A stretch of 64,000 nucleotides of DNA from an uncultured bacterium. GTDB taxonomy: Bacteria; Zixibacteria; MSB-5A5; GN15; FEB-12. A program made the position numbers and the translations under genes. The stretch is from the NCBI GenBank assembly GCA_965372795.1, contig CBDVDR010000002.1:64001-128000 (forward strand), read 5' to 3'. The notes under the pieces were generated by a model. It searched no databases. It was not told the origin of the DNA and saw nothing but the letters and a program-made list of their open reading frames with translations. Positions 17,617 through 28,572 of the stretch are shown one piece after another (the first letter of the stretch is position 1; each line of letters begins with the position of its first letter).

Positions 17617-19734
17617 CTAATAAACCGGATCACTAACGTGTCCAAATAGGAAATTCACATAATAAATCAAATCTGCAATATTAATATTATCATCCCCGTT
17701 AGCATCAGCTCGGAAAGCTCCGCCTATGGGTGGCACATCATGAGACACTATATAAGCCTGAAGCATTATGAAATCATTGATATTCGCAATACCATCATCA
17801 TCATAATCACCCGGCTGAAATGTCTCAAAACATTCGTATTTTAATAAGACTGAAGAATACTCCGAGTTATTTCCTTTGATACCTTTGGCAGTGAAGAAAT
17901 AAGGTGTCCCTTCAACCAGATCAATCGGTGTCCAGTTAAACGCCCAGCCTATAGAACCATCTTCATCAGATCCTAACAGATTTCGGGTTACAGCCCAGTT
18001 ATCAGAGTCGATTGTAAACATACGATCAATCTTTTGCCAGATACCATTATGTAAAACCTCACTGATACCAAAACTAACTCTGATAGGCAGATCAACTATC
18101 GAACCGGATATCGGATCAGAAACAGAAATAGTATAAGACCCTTGATTATCAATCCATCCTGTAAAGCCATCTAAGGCAAACCAAATCCCGGGTTCTCCGC
18201 CCAATCCGATCATGACTGCTTTTTGATTATTCTCAAGTTCATTTCTGATCTCAAAATAATTTGGATTCCTGGCATAATTTACCTTGGGATGCGCGATTCC
18301 TATACTGGCGAAATAATTTATCATCCCCATAAACATATCTTCATCATACGTCCCCGAATTCAAACGGGTAAGAAATCGTCCGGCAAGATGCTCAACCAAT
18401 TCATCAAGGGTTACCTGAACATCATTTATTTTCATCATGTCAGTAAATCCGCGATCAGCCCACATCTGAATTGCAAGGGCGGCTGCTATTGGAGCATTAT
18501 AAAATACTCCTGATTCACCGCCGAATTGTGACTGGTCAAGAGTGTCCAAACCAACCGAATAATTAACTTCTGTGGGTTGTAAATAAATTTCAACTAAATC
18601 CATATTTTCAGGACTGTTATTCATTAGAAGTTCTATGTTTTCGCAGAAATCAAAACCATTTAATGGTGAAGTTATGTTAGGAGTTGGAATCGTGGGAAAC
18701 AAAAAGACGTTGGTAATTGAATCTATCGAAACTCTTTTCAAGGTATCTGTCGCTACAGCTCTAAAATCGTAAAGGGTCGAGGTAAGTAATGATGGGTCCC
18801 AAACAACCGAAAACCCGTCGCCATTACCATTGTCATTAACTCCATCTCGAAGTGGGGTATAGCCGTCAAAATCACTGTCAATTTCTATAAAATCATTTTG
18901 ACCGGCAAGAGAATATTGAAATGAAACATTTTCTATAATATTAGAACCGGATAGTTCCTGTGCCCAGAATGTCATCGGACCAAAAATTGCACCGAGCGGT
19001 TGTTGAATTACAAATTTTATCATAGGCGGTGGTTCATAATCACAATTGCCGCCTCCCGGAAATCCTCCGGCAAACATTATTGTACGACCCAAAAAACCAC
19101 GCGTTGCAAGATCAACCATCCCGGTATCTACATCCCACCAGTTATAAGAAACACAAAATTCAAGATCATCAACTTTATCGGTTATTAAATCAGGTCCGGC
19201 TTCCACCGTTGCGACATCATGAAGATAGACGCCTGCAAAAAACGGTTCATTAACTACGATTGGAGAATCTAATTCAATTACTATATCCCATAATCCACTG
19301 TCACTTACCGTTACTTCAAAAGCAGAAGTAATACTGATTGTTTGTCCAACCTGGGTACAACCCGGATCAGAATAATTCACAGAAGCAATCTCAGCTGTAA
19401 AGGTATCAACCGTTGCCGCTTTATATAGTAAATAGAAATGTACCTCAGTTATAGTATATGGATAAGCCGCGTCACAGGACCGACAGGGATCAAGATAAAC
19501 GTGATACCATTCCACGCCGGTAACCCAGTTGCCATAACCAAATATTTCACCGGTATCGCCAACATCATGCCTGACACTACAGGTGTCAGCCAGAAGGAAA
19601 TTCGGTGGGATTTTCAATTTGTTGACCTGAGCGGGTGAGACCTTATAAGGTTCAATAAATTCAGGTTTTTCGGCATTACTTAATTGAATTGCAAATACTA
19701 TTATGAGAAATATAAATAAAGCTGTTTTTTTCAA
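17617..19734 (-). CDS. Secreted multidomain protein: Ig-like domains, degenerate peptidase C39-like domain, C-terminal dockerin-like domain
   Basis: Signal peptide. C-terminal paired GDYDDDGIANIND / ADANGDDNINIADL calcium-binding repeats. TTG start with AGGAG RBS. Confidence 0.75.
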   Translation of the reverse strand: MKKTALFIFLIIVFAIQLSNAEKPEFIEPYKVSPAQVNKLKIPPNFLLADTCSVRHDVGDTGEIFGYGNWVTGVEWYHVYLDPCRSCDAAYPYTITEVHFYLLYKAATVDTFTAEIASVNYSDPGCTQVGQTISITSAFEVTVSDSGLWDIVIELDSPIVVNEPFFAGVYLHDVATVEAGPDLITDKVDDLEFCVSYNWWDVDTGMVDLATRGFLGRTIMFAGGFPGGGNCDYEPPPMIKFVIQQPLGAIFGPMTFWAQELSGSNIIENVSFQYSLAGQNDFIEIDSDFDGYTPLRDGVNDNGNGDGFSVVWDPSLLTSTLYDFRAVATDTLKRVSIDSITNVFLFPTIPTPNITSPLNGFDFCENIELLMNNSPENMDLVEIYLQPTEVNYSVGLDTLDQSQFGGESGVFYNAPIAAALAIQMWADRGFTDMMKINDVQVTLDELVEHLAGRFLTRLNSGTYDEDMFMGMINYFASIGIAHPKVNYARNPNYFEIRNELENNQKAVMIGLGGEPGIWFALDGFTGWIDNQGSYTISVSDPISGSIVDLPIRVSFGISEVLHNGIWQKIDRMFTIDSDNWAVTRNLLGSDEDGSIGWAFNWTPIDLVEGTPYFFTAKGIKGNNSEYSSVLLKYECFETFQPGDYDDDGIANINDFIMLQAYIVSHDVPPIGGAFRADANGDDNINIADLIYYVNFLFGHVSDPVY

Positions 19735-19906
19735 AATTATAATCTCCTAAGATATTTATAAATAACTCTGTACTGTTGATTATCGTGCATTTTTAACTAT
19801 ACTTGACGGTGAAGTTAAAAAAAAATAACTCAGAAAATTTATATCTGAATTGTGCAGAAAATGAACACTGAATAATGAGTCCAAAATTTGATAAAAGTTA
19901 ATAAAA

Positions 19907-20755
19907 TTGGATAAAAAACCTCCCTGGCTTAAAGTTAATCCTTTTACCGGTAAGGGATATGATCAGGTCAATTCCCTTTTAAAGAAGTACGGACTCAATA
20001 CCGTTTGTCATGAAGCTAATTGCCCGAATCGAGGAGAATGCTTCAACCGCGGCACAGCAACCTTTCTGATCCTGGGACCGGTTTGCTCAAGAAATTGCAG
20101 ATTTTGCAATGTTAACAGCGGTAAACCGGAAAACGTCAAACTCGATGAACCGGAAATGGTCGCCAAAGCTTCAAAAGAATTAAAGCTGAAACATATCGTG
20201 GTAACTTCTGTTACCCGTGATGATCTTCCCGATGGCGGCGCAAATCAGTTTGCCCTGACCATAAATCATCTTAAAAAATATCTGCCCGAAAGTTCAATCG
20301 AAGTCCTGACCCCGGATTTCAAACATTGTCCCAAAGCGGTCGATCTTATCATTAAAGCCCAACCGCATATTTTCAATCATAATATAGAAACAGTCAAAAG
20401 TCTGTATCCCAAAGTCAGACCGGCTGCTGAATATAAAACTTCTTTGAATCTTTTGAAATATGTTAAAGACAATTCCGACATCATAACCAAATCAGGAATC
20501 ATGGTCGGACTCGGTGAATCGTTTGACCAGCTGAAAATTACTTTTGATGACCTTGCCTCTCACGGTGTTTCGGTGCTGACCATCGGACAATATTTAGCCC
20601 CTTCAAAAGAACATCTGAAAATTGAAAGATTTGTGACACCCGATGAATTTGACACCCTAAAAGAGTCAGCGGAAGCATCCGGTATAAAAAAAGTACAATC
20701 CTCGCCCTTGGTTCGTTCATCTTATAAAGCCGATATGGTTGTTAACCCATACTGA
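19907..20755 (+). CDS. lipA: Lipoyl synthase
   Basis: CHEANCPNRGEC, radical SAM CSRNCRFC and C-terminal RSSY. Confidence 0.97.
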   Translation: MDKKPPWLKVNPFTGKGYDQVNSLLKKYGLNTVCHEANCPNRGECFNRGTATFLILGPVCSRNCRFCNVNSGKPENVKLDEPEMVAKASKELKLKHIVVTSVTRDDLPDGGANQFALTINHLKKYLPESSIEVLTPDFKHCPKAVDLIIKAQPHIFNHNIETVKSLYPKVRPAAEYKTSLNLLKYVKDNSDIITKSGIMVGLGESFDQLKITFDDLASHGVSVLTIGQYLAPSKEHLKIERFVTPDEFDTLKESAEASGIKKVQSSPLVRSSYKADMVVNPY

Positions 20756-20868
20756 CAACCTTACGTAGCTCAATAATTAAACAATAATCATTCGTACGGT
20801 ATTTTTAATAAACTCTTATCCGATAAGATTCCTGTAACGAACAATAAATCTGTTAATCAGGAGTCGTC

Positions 20869-22383
20869 TTGAAAAATAAATCTGACATAGAAATTCTGGT
20901 TGTAGATGATGAAAAATATATTTGCGGGATCATAGAGGAATCTCTGGACCCTGATTATAAAAACATTACTACCATGACTTCACCGGAAAAAGCGTTAGAG
21001 CATATCAAGAACAATCGGGTTGATCTGGTTTTAACCGATTTAGTGATGGGTGAAAAATCAGGAGTCAATGTTCTGGATACAACCTTTGAATATCATAAAG
21101 ATGCGGTCGTTATTTTAATGACGGCTCATCCAACCGTCCAGACGGCTATTACTGTTCTGAGAAAAGGTGCCTATGATTTTCTGGTCAAACCTTTCCGCCT
21201 TGAAACTTTAAAATCAACCATTAAACGCGGTCTTGAACATCAGCGTATTATTCGCGAAAATTTAAGTCTACAGGGACAGGTTGATTTCCTGAAATTAACT
21301 CAGGCTAACACTCACGGTGTTGATATTGAATCACACCTGACTATGGTAGCTAATTTCTGCCGGAAAGAATTTAATGCTGTTGGGGTTTCGCTGATTCATG
21401 TGAATCATGAAGATAACTCAATCCTGCGCTCTATTGTTGATTGTGACAGTAATTCAAAATCTATCGAACTGACCGATGAATCGCTGGTCAAACAATTTTA
21501 TTTCACCAAATCTTCAAAACCGATTATTCATGAATCAATTCTTGGCGATGAAAAAAGCCAGAATAAAAGAATCTTTATTTCAAAACCGATTTTTGAACGA
21601 AGAAAACTTCACGGTGTCCTTAATGTTTTAATTGAAGCAAGATTCGCAAAAGTAAATCCCGGACAGATTGACCTGCTCTCAATTATTACCAGTTCCGCCG
21701 CCTCGGCTTTAGCAACCAATAAATTATATGATGACTTGGAAACATCATACCTCCAGGCTATCAAAGGTCTCGCCAAAGCTATTGAGGCAAGAGATGAATA
21801 TACCGCCGGCCATACTGATCGCGTAACTAAGATTGCCGAAGCTATTGCCAATTATCTCGGGTGGAATGATACTGAAATCAGGGGTCTCATCATGGGTTGT
21901 ACAATTCATGATATTGGAAAACTCGGCGTACCCGATTCTATTCTTTCAAAACCGGGTAAATTAACCGATGAAGAAGCAAAAATTATGCAGACCCATCCCG
22001 AAGTTGGTTTGAAAATTATTCAGGATATTGATCTGTTGAAACCGGCGATTCCCTATGTCTCATGTCACCATGAGTGGTATAACGGCAATGGCTACCCCAA
22101 TGGATTTAAGGGGGAAGAGATACCGATAGAGGGCCGACTGCTGACTATCGCTGATACCTTTGATGCTATTATTTCAGATCGTCCCTATCGTAAAGGGAAC
22201 AGTGAGGAAGTTGCCGTAAATGAACTTGTTAAATATTCCGGGATCCAATTCGACCCGTCGCTGGTTGGCAGCTTTTTAGATATGTTAAGATCGGATTTAA
22301 TAAATTTAAAAGAATACTATAATCGGGATTTTGATTTCAGCTTTCTCGATCAGGTCATTGTTACTGAAAAGGTATCGGTGTAA
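20869..22383 (+). CDS. Response regulator with GAF-like and HD-GYP (c-di-GMP phosphodiesterase) domains
   Basis: REC domain (VVDDE, TDLVM, KPF), HDIGK and HHEWYNGNGYP. Confidence 0.92.
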   Translation: MKNKSDIEILVVDDEKYICGIIEESLDPDYKNITTMTSPEKALEHIKNNRVDLVLTDLVMGEKSGVNVLDTTFEYHKDAVVILMTAHPTVQTAITVLRKGAYDFLVKPFRLETLKSTIKRGLEHQRIIRENLSLQGQVDFLKLTQANTHGVDIESHLTMVANFCRKEFNAVGVSLIHVNHEDNSILRSIVDCDSNSKSIELTDESLVKQFYFTKSSKPIIHESILGDEKSQNKRIFISKPIFERRKLHGVLNVLIEARFAKVNPGQIDLLSIITSSAASALATNKLYDDLETSYLQAIKGLAKAIEARDEYTAGHTDRVTKIAEAIANYLGWNDTEIRGLIMGCTIHDIGKLGVPDSILSKPGKLTDEEAKIMQTHPEVGLKIIQDIDLLKPAIPYVSCHHEWYNGNGYPNGFKGEEIPIEGRLLTIADTFDAIISDRPYRKGNSEEVAVNELVKYSGIQFDPSLVGSFLDMLRSDLINLKEYYNRDFDFSFLDQVIVTEKVSV

Positions 22384-23455
22384 AAGATAAAAAGAATATT
22401 AATGCCGATACCAGAGCCAATATTTTTGCTTCTCTGGGAATAACAATTCGATCATCCAAAGTAGGGGGATGGTTGACGCCGAAAACAAATCCGAAAACGG
22501 CAAAGACCCACCAGACCGTAGATTGAAATCCAAGAATCACCAGTCCGACCATTGCAATTTTTCCGATATAATGCTGGCGCTGTTTTAAAACCCCATATAA
22601 AATATGTCCGCCGTCAAGCTGACCGATAGGCAGTAAATTTATCGCTGTAACCAGCATCCCTACCCATCCGGCAAAAGCCGCCTCCCCAAGTCGGTAAAAC
22701 ATTCCCTCCGGTGCGGTTCCCACAATGTTCAGCGTCAAAATTCTCATCAACAGTGATTCACCCTCCATCGAGAAAGCCATTTCTCCCGGAATAATTTGAT
22801 CGGCTGAAATTATTTCGGTCTGAGTCAACCCAAACATCAGCCAGAAAAAGGCAACCACCCATCCGGCGATCGGTCCCCAGGCACCAACCTCAATCAGATC
22901 GCGTCGATTCCAAAACGGAGATTTCGATTTTATTATCGCCCCGAACGTCCCGATAAAATTCGGTGCCGGAATAAAATAGGGCCACGAGGTTATAATATTG
23001 CGCCGTCGGCTCGCAACAAAATGTCCCATCTCGTGCACAAACAAAATAGAAATCAGAGCCAGTGTAAATATTATGCCATCACCTTTGGCAAGGTCGGAAA
23101 ATGTATTTTCAAGAACAATGTCAAATTCAGTAACGACCAGATTTTTGATCAGGACCGGAATAACATAAACGGTAAACAAAGTCACAAAGAATAAAATAAT
23201 ATTTAACGGAGGTATCTTTTTTTTCGTAATCGGGTCAATCGTCAGAAGAATGACTTCACTGCTGTCATCGAATTTGAATTGATAACCGGCGAGTTTCAAT
23301 CTCTCTTTGATATGTTTTAAGACTTTTGCTGGTTCATAAGGCGTGGTCAAGCTGAAAACAATATTTTGGTTTTGACGGTAAGTGGAGCTGATCTCAAAAA
23401 GGTCTTTGAGCAGATCGGTGATTGTCGCTATATCTTTATCAGTTGACATCATCAT
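22361..23455 (-). CDS. Site-2 protease (peptidase M50)
   Basis: HEMGH and NLLPIGQLDGGH motifs, multiple TM segments. Confidence 0.93.
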   Translation of the reverse strand: MMMSTDKDIATITDLLKDLFEISSTYRQNQNIVFSLTTPYEPAKVLKHIKERLKLAGYQFKFDDSSEVILLTIDPITKKKIPPLNIILFFVTLFTVYVIPVLIKNLVVTEFDIVLENTFSDLAKGDGIIFTLALISILFVHEMGHFVASRRRNIITSWPYFIPAPNFIGTFGAIIKSKSPFWNRRDLIEVGAWGPIAGWVVAFFWLMFGLTQTEIISADQIIPGEMAFSMEGESLLMRILTLNIVGTAPEGMFYRLGEAAFAGWVGMLVTAINLLPIGQLDGGHILYGVLKQRQHYIGKIAMVGLVILGFQSTVWWVFAVFGFVFGVNHPPTLDDRIVIPREAKILALVSALIFFLSFTPIPFQ

Positions 23456-23502
23456 GACCAATTATACGTGATTGAAATTTAGATAGGTAATTAAAATATA
23501 AT

Positions 23503-23535
23503 AAAAAAAGCGGGGACAATTAAGTCCCCGCCTTT
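23503..23535 (-). terminator. Rho-independent terminator of the 1669-aa gene
   Basis: gcggggac-aattaa-gtccccgc stem with a U-tract on the minus strand. Confidence 0.8.
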
Positions 23536-23562
23536 ATCTATGATAAAGTATCTAATCGAAGA

Positions 23563-26500
23563 TTAGAGTACCCAATCACCTGCAGGACATGCGCCACAGT
23601 TGAAGTAGTAGTCGATCAAGAAAGTTACATCGCCACCATCAACAGCGGAGTCATTATTAACATCACCAAGATGTTCAAAAGGTATCGGACCGTTTCCGCC
23701 AGCATTGACGTAAGCAGCCAGATAAATTATGTCACCAAGAGTAATGGAACCTGAGTTGTCGACATCACCACGTCCAAAACCAGCCCATTTGTTTACCATA
23801 TGAGCTAAAGGACCGATCTCTGCACCAACTAATGCATCAGCCATTCCAGCGATATGGAATGTTGCTACACCAACTGTATAAGTTTCGTTTGGAGCAAAGT
23901 CATGAGCATCAATAGAGATATGGATCTGTTGATCACCATCGCTCATTTGCTCAGTAGTTTGATCGCCAGGACCGAGATTACAGTAGCCATAGGCTGAATC
24001 CATGTATACCGGCCATTCCCAGAAACCACCATAACCTTGAAGACCAACGACGTTAATTAATGGAGTACCATCGCATTCGCCAAATGGAATCTTAATTGAT
24101 CCCCAGGCAGCGCTGTTTCCACCATCAAGTGCCCAACCAGCCGAGAATGATTGGTCGATACCAACGGTATCAGAACCAAGATCACAATCGAAGAAATGAG
24201 CTAAACGCCATCCAGGTACGGCATTGCCATTACGTTCGGTAATGTCCATGATTTCGAGAGTCATATTAGCTAACTCAGGAACATCAAGAACACCGATTGT
24301 ACGGGCGTTGACATAGAGACCCATGGTTGAGTCATTGTCAAACGGAGCACCGTAAGCTGTCCAATCCCAGGTTCCTGTGCCATCATCGAAATTCTGGACA
24401 GAATCAAGGTACGAACGACAAACGATATTACCGACCATAGGAGCATAACCGGAACCATCCCACATTGCGCCAACATCGACACCAGCCTGTAAGGCAGGAG
24501 TACATTCGTTGTCACAGTAGTTAGGATCTGGTTGCATTGATACGAGAGCATCATTAGTACCGGACCAGTCATTTGTATGGGTAGCAACTCTATGTTGGCT
24601 AACTCCGTACAAATATGAACCCTGGTAATAAGATCCTGCGTCGCCATCAATTTCAAAACCGTGCGGAACCCAGTCACCATCGCCTAAGCGACCTGTGTTA
24701 GTTGCCAGCTGGATGTTAGCTCCACCAACACCAAAGAGTAATCTTGTGGTATCGATTAAGCAGCCACCAGTAAGGGTAACTTCAACTTCAGGAAGCGCAG
24801 TAGGATCATTCAGGAAGAAATCAGGATCGTTAGTCTCAAATTCAATGAAGAATCTTTGAGGACCACGGAAGATTGCTGACTGAATAACATCAACAACGAG
24901 ATTTACATCTTCACCAGGAGCGACAAATTGTCCACTTACTGGAGATATAATACCGTTGATGAATGTTGGGAAAGCCGAAACGGCTGGATTAGTTTCAACG
25001 TTGTTTGCACGAACGTCGATTCCATCAGAAATTTCAACAGAAGCATAAGCTTTTACAAAGCCGATGTCTACCATGCTGTTGGCAATGGAAGAAACTCTGT
25101 TGAGGTCATCGTTTGAAATAGCGGAGAAACCAGGATTGGTATGACCGTTAGTTTCATCATTAACGATAACATCTATCATTTCAAGATCTGTACAACCGGT
25201 GTTAGTAAACAACGGTCCAAGATCTGCAATCAATGAAGGAAGAGCACCAAACTCAATTGGACCACCTGGACTATAGGTGTAGAATTCCATACGAGCGCGG
25301 TCTTCGCCTTTAGACATTGAAATTAAGTTGCCATAGAAAGTAGCGTACACTAATTGTGGAGCGCCAGTACCATCAGCAACGAGAGCACCCGTACCGCCTA
25401 AGCTGTTCGGGAATCCGCCATTGTCGATACGACGTCTGTAAACTGGTGTACCATCTTCAGCATTGTAGCAAATGAGGAAGCCGTCTTCATCAAATGTATA
25501 CAGAAGATCTGCGACGCCATCAGGTTCGCAAGAAAGAACCAGATCAGCACCGTAGATACGACCTCTGGTTGGTCCGCTCAAACCGAAATCAGCTGCGCCA
25601 CTGTGGCGATTGAAAGCGATTACGGAAGCACCACCGGCAACACCGTGAGTGATCCAACGTGAAGTAGTCGGAACATAACAACGGTTAATGTCAGCAGTTA
25701 CAGATTGAGTCAAAGGACGTGCAGACTGAGAAGCGGTTCCATCGATTAATTGACCATTAGAGGCATCAATGCGATAGAAAACACCATCAACTGGGTGTTC
25801 ACCGAAACATCTTGAGTTAGCATACAGGTTGCCCATATAATAAGCAGCTGCGCCTTCAAAACCTTCGTCTCCACCGTCATAGTCAACACCATAAATAGTA
25901 GTTGCTTGTAATCCGCCGGCTGCAGAAAGCTGCCAGTTGATTACACCAGTTGCGGCATCGATTGAATAGATGTCACCTTCAGCAGCGGCTGAATATGTAC
26001 CTACAAAGATCGATACGCCATCGGTAGAACCTGATTTATTACAGTTCTGTCCGAGGGCGACCGGGTTAACAGCCCAACCGGTAAATACTTCACCAGTTGT
26101 AGCTTCAAGAGCAACAACGTTTCCGGCTTCAGTAGTGTAATATAATACTTGTTCACCGGCAATATCCAGAATGATAGAAGGCATATAGCGAACTACACCG
26201 AATAATCCAGCAAATCCATGAGTATTAATATCACGTGTCCATACCATGGCACCAGTTGCAAGATCCCAACATGAGACAGCTTGCTGGTCACCACCGGATA
26301 CGAAGAATACTGGTCCTTCTGCAAGACCTATATCTGCAGCGGTTACCAATGTACGGATGCCTGCACCCATAATTGGAGGACCTGTAGAAATAGTATACAG
26401 AGGAGAACCGGATGCACGGTCAAAAACCATTATTTCAACTTCAAAAGCTTGAATAATGTAATCACCGTATACAGTTGGTCCAGTGAATGTAGCACCCTGT

Positions 26501-28572
26501 GCAGGATGTTCAAATGACCAATCATAAGTCATATCACACCAGGCATCGCTGATAGAAACATTGGAACGACCGGTACGAGCATAGTTGCCCATATAGGTAG
26601 ACCAATCATCATCAACGCCAGGTAAACAAGTAAATTCACTGAAAGGAATACAACACTGACGTGCAGTAATATCCAATGAAGGTGCGTCCCAGCCAAATGG
26701 GTTGACTAACCAACCGCCAAAGGCAGGAGCATGTGCATATACAGCATTACTTGAACCAAAATCAGTATCCATACCTAAGCGGATACCTTCATCTCTAATG
26801 GCAGCCAATGGCTCAACACCAATAAAGAAGTTGCCTGTAATAGGCAGATTTGGAACAGAAACAACAACCTGGAACCAACCATAAAAATCTGTTCCTGTAT
26901 AGCCTGCTGCAGCATAGTCAGCCGGTGTGAGGACGATTTGATGAAGTAGGGCTCCACCATCTGGATTTGTAGTAATATTCAGATTGGTGTTGTGTGTATA
27001 CATTAAAGGACGAACATCATCGAAATCAGGATGTCTGTAGAACCAGACACCGATTTCGGTCAAATTACAAGCTTCACCGGTACCGGCAGAAAATTCCTGA
27101 GCCCACTGAAGAATTGGGTTAGCATCAGGAATAGGATATACAGTACCAGCAGCGGTTGTATTGTTCTGGTTATTACATAATGCAAATTCATCTAAACATA
27201 GATTAGCATTAATTAAGAAGTTTTCACCATACCACCAGTCACCCATGTCATACCAATCAGAGCCGACCCAGCCTGGATCACCAGAACCGAATGAACGACC
27301 GAGATAGTTTTCACCATCATCAGCAAGCAAGTACTCAAAGTCTAAACCAAAGGCACCACTTGTTGAAAATGCGACATGGAAGTCATCTTCGAAAACCAGA
27401 CCAAAGCCTGAGAAATCAAAGTTGACCATTGAAGGGAAGAATGGATAGGTTCCACCGGCTACAGTAACTGTAGCAATCGGGGCACCTGGATAACCTGTGC
27501 CATCGTCTGCATAGACTGTGGCATAAAGATCATCATTACCGACCATACCAGGATCTTCGAACCAACCAGGTTCCAGGAATCCGGTAAAGTCATAAACAGC
27601 GATATCAACAGAAACTAAAGTTTCTGGACCACTTACGGAGAAACGCTGCGCATAGGCAGAGTCACCGTAGATGTAATGAGGAGCTGCACGCAGATAATAT
27701 GCCACACCATTGTGGTATTGCTGTGTGTAACAACTCGAAAATGGGATTTCAGTGCAACATTCTTCAGCATCGATCATCATTGAGTATTCTGCATCGTATG
27801 CTTCAAAAAATGTTTCCCATGTACCTAGATAACTTTCACCTGAACGACCTTCGCCAATATAATCATTGACACCGTCATCAGAGAACATTGAAAGTACGTC
27901 AGTACCTGCACCACTATTATCGATTATCGTCCACCCAATATGGTACTCTTCACCATCAGAAAACACTAAGCCGTCAGCTGTGAAGTCAGCTGTTACGGTG
28001 AACACAACGCCCTGGGCGGTGAGTTCTGCATCGATGGTTGCCCATGGAATAACCACGGAAGCAAGTTCTGTACCTGGATATCCAAAGCCATCAGTGTCCC
28101 AAACGATTACCCGCATGTCTGGATTACCGACGATTCCAGGATCTCCCCCGGATGTAACGCCGCCAAACATTGTCAGGTGAGCATATTCGAGAGCACAGTC
28201 TGAACCTTCATCAGAGGTAAAGCGAGTATTATAAAAATCATCGCCGTACCCATCTGGAATAAACCAAATGTAATAAGGTGCAGCAGGACCATAGTAGTTT
28301 TTTAAACCACAGCCGGTTGCTGAAGGGATTGAAGGCATGACTACGCCGTCGGCCAATTTGGCCACTTCACTGAAAGGCTTTTTGTTTGCAGAAACAGCCG
28401 ACTGAACACTACCATACGCATCAACTGAATTAGTTTTACGCGCATCAAGTTTCGCCGGTGCGGCTTTTACAGATTGGTCTACCATATTTGGCAGAAGGTC
28501 TGCAAAGGCGGTTCCGCTAAAAGCCAAAATTAGACTTAAAACAAATACTGCTGTTAACAGTCTTTTAAGCAT
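23563..28572 (-). CDS. Large secreted acidic protein: repeated N-terminal beta domains, PQQ-like beta-propeller, C-terminal dockerin-like domain
   Basis: Signal peptide (..GTAFA). Propeller blades (DLATGAMVW, IDAATGVINW). GDVDNSGSITLGD / GDVNNDSAVDGGD repeats. AGGAGG RBS. Confidence 0.8.
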   Translation of the reverse strand: MLKRLLTAVFVLSLILAFSGTAFADLLPNMVDQSVKAAPAKLDARKTNSVDAYGSVQSAVSANKKPFSEVAKLADGVVMPSIPSATGCGLKNYYGPAAPYYIWFIPDGYGDDFYNTRFTSDEGSDCALEYAHLTMFGGVTSGGDPGIVGNPDMRVIVWDTDGFGYPGTELASVVIPWATIDAELTAQGVVFTVTADFTADGLVFSDGEEYHIGWTIIDNSGAGTDVLSMFSDDGVNDYIGEGRSGESYLGTWETFFEAYDAEYSMMIDAEECCTEIPFSSCYTQQYHNGVAYYLRAAPHYIYGDSAYAQRFSVSGPETLVSVDIAVYDFTGFLEPGWFEDPGMVGNDDLYATVYADDGTGYPGAPIATVTVAGGTYPFFPSMVNFDFSGFGLVFEDDFHVAFSTSGAFGLDFEYLLADDGENYLGRSFGSGDPGWVGSDWYDMGDWWYGENFLINANLCLDEFALCNNQNNTTAAGTVYPIPDANPILQWAQEFSAGTGEACNLTEIGVWFYRHPDFDDVRPLMYTHNTNLNITTNPDGGALLHQIVLTPADYAAAGYTGTDFYGWFQVVVSVPNLPITGNFFIGVEPLAAIRDEGIRLGMDTDFGSSNAVYAHAPAFGGWLVNPFGWDAPSLDITARQCCIPFSEFTCLPGVDDDWSTYMGNYARTGRSNVSISDAWCDMTYDWSFEHPAQGATFTGPTVYGDYIIQAFEVEIMVFDRASGSPLYTISTGPPIMGAGIRTLVTAADIGLAEGPVFFVSGGDQQAVSCWDLATGAMVWTRDINTHGFAGLFGVVRYMPSIILDIAGEQVLYYTTEAGNVVALEATTGEVFTGWAVNPVALGQNCNKSGSTDGVSIFVGTYSAAAEGDIYSIDAATGVINWQLSAAGGLQATTIYGVDYDGGDEGFEGAAAYYMGNLYANSRCFGEHPVDGVFYRIDASNGQLIDGTASQSARPLTQSVTADINRCYVPTTSRWITHGVAGGASVIAFNRHSGAADFGLSGPTRGRIYGADLVLSCEPDGVADLLYTFDEDGFLICYNAEDGTPVYRRRIDNGGFPNSLGGTGALVADGTGAPQLVYATFYGNLISMSKGEDRARMEFYTYSPGGPIEFGALPSLIADLGPLFTNTGCTDLEMIDVIVNDETNGHTNPGFSAISNDDLNRVSSIANSMVDIGFVKAYASVEISDGIDVRANNVETNPAVSAFPTFINGIISPVSGQFVAPGEDVNLVVDVIQSAIFRGPQRFFIEFETNDPDFFLNDPTALPEVEVTLTGGCLIDTTRLLFGVGGANIQLATNTGRLGDGDWVPHGFEIDGDAGSYYQGSYLYGVSQHRVATHTNDWSGTNDALVSMQPDPNYCDNECTPALQAGVDVGAMWDGSGYAPMVGNIVCRSYLDSVQNFDDGTGTWDWTAYGAPFDNDSTMGLYVNARTIGVLDVPELANMTLEIMDITERNGNAVPGWRLAHFFDCDLGSDTVGIDQSFSAGWALDGGNSAAWGSIKIPFGECDGTPLINVVGLQGYGGFWEWPVYMDSAYGYCNLGPGDQTTEQMSDGDQQIHISIDAHDFAPNETYTVGVATFHIAGMADALVGAEIGPLAHMVNKWAGFGRGDVDNSGSITLGDIIYLAAYVNAGGNGPIPFEHLGDVNNDSAVDGGDVTFLIDYYFNCGACPAGDWVL

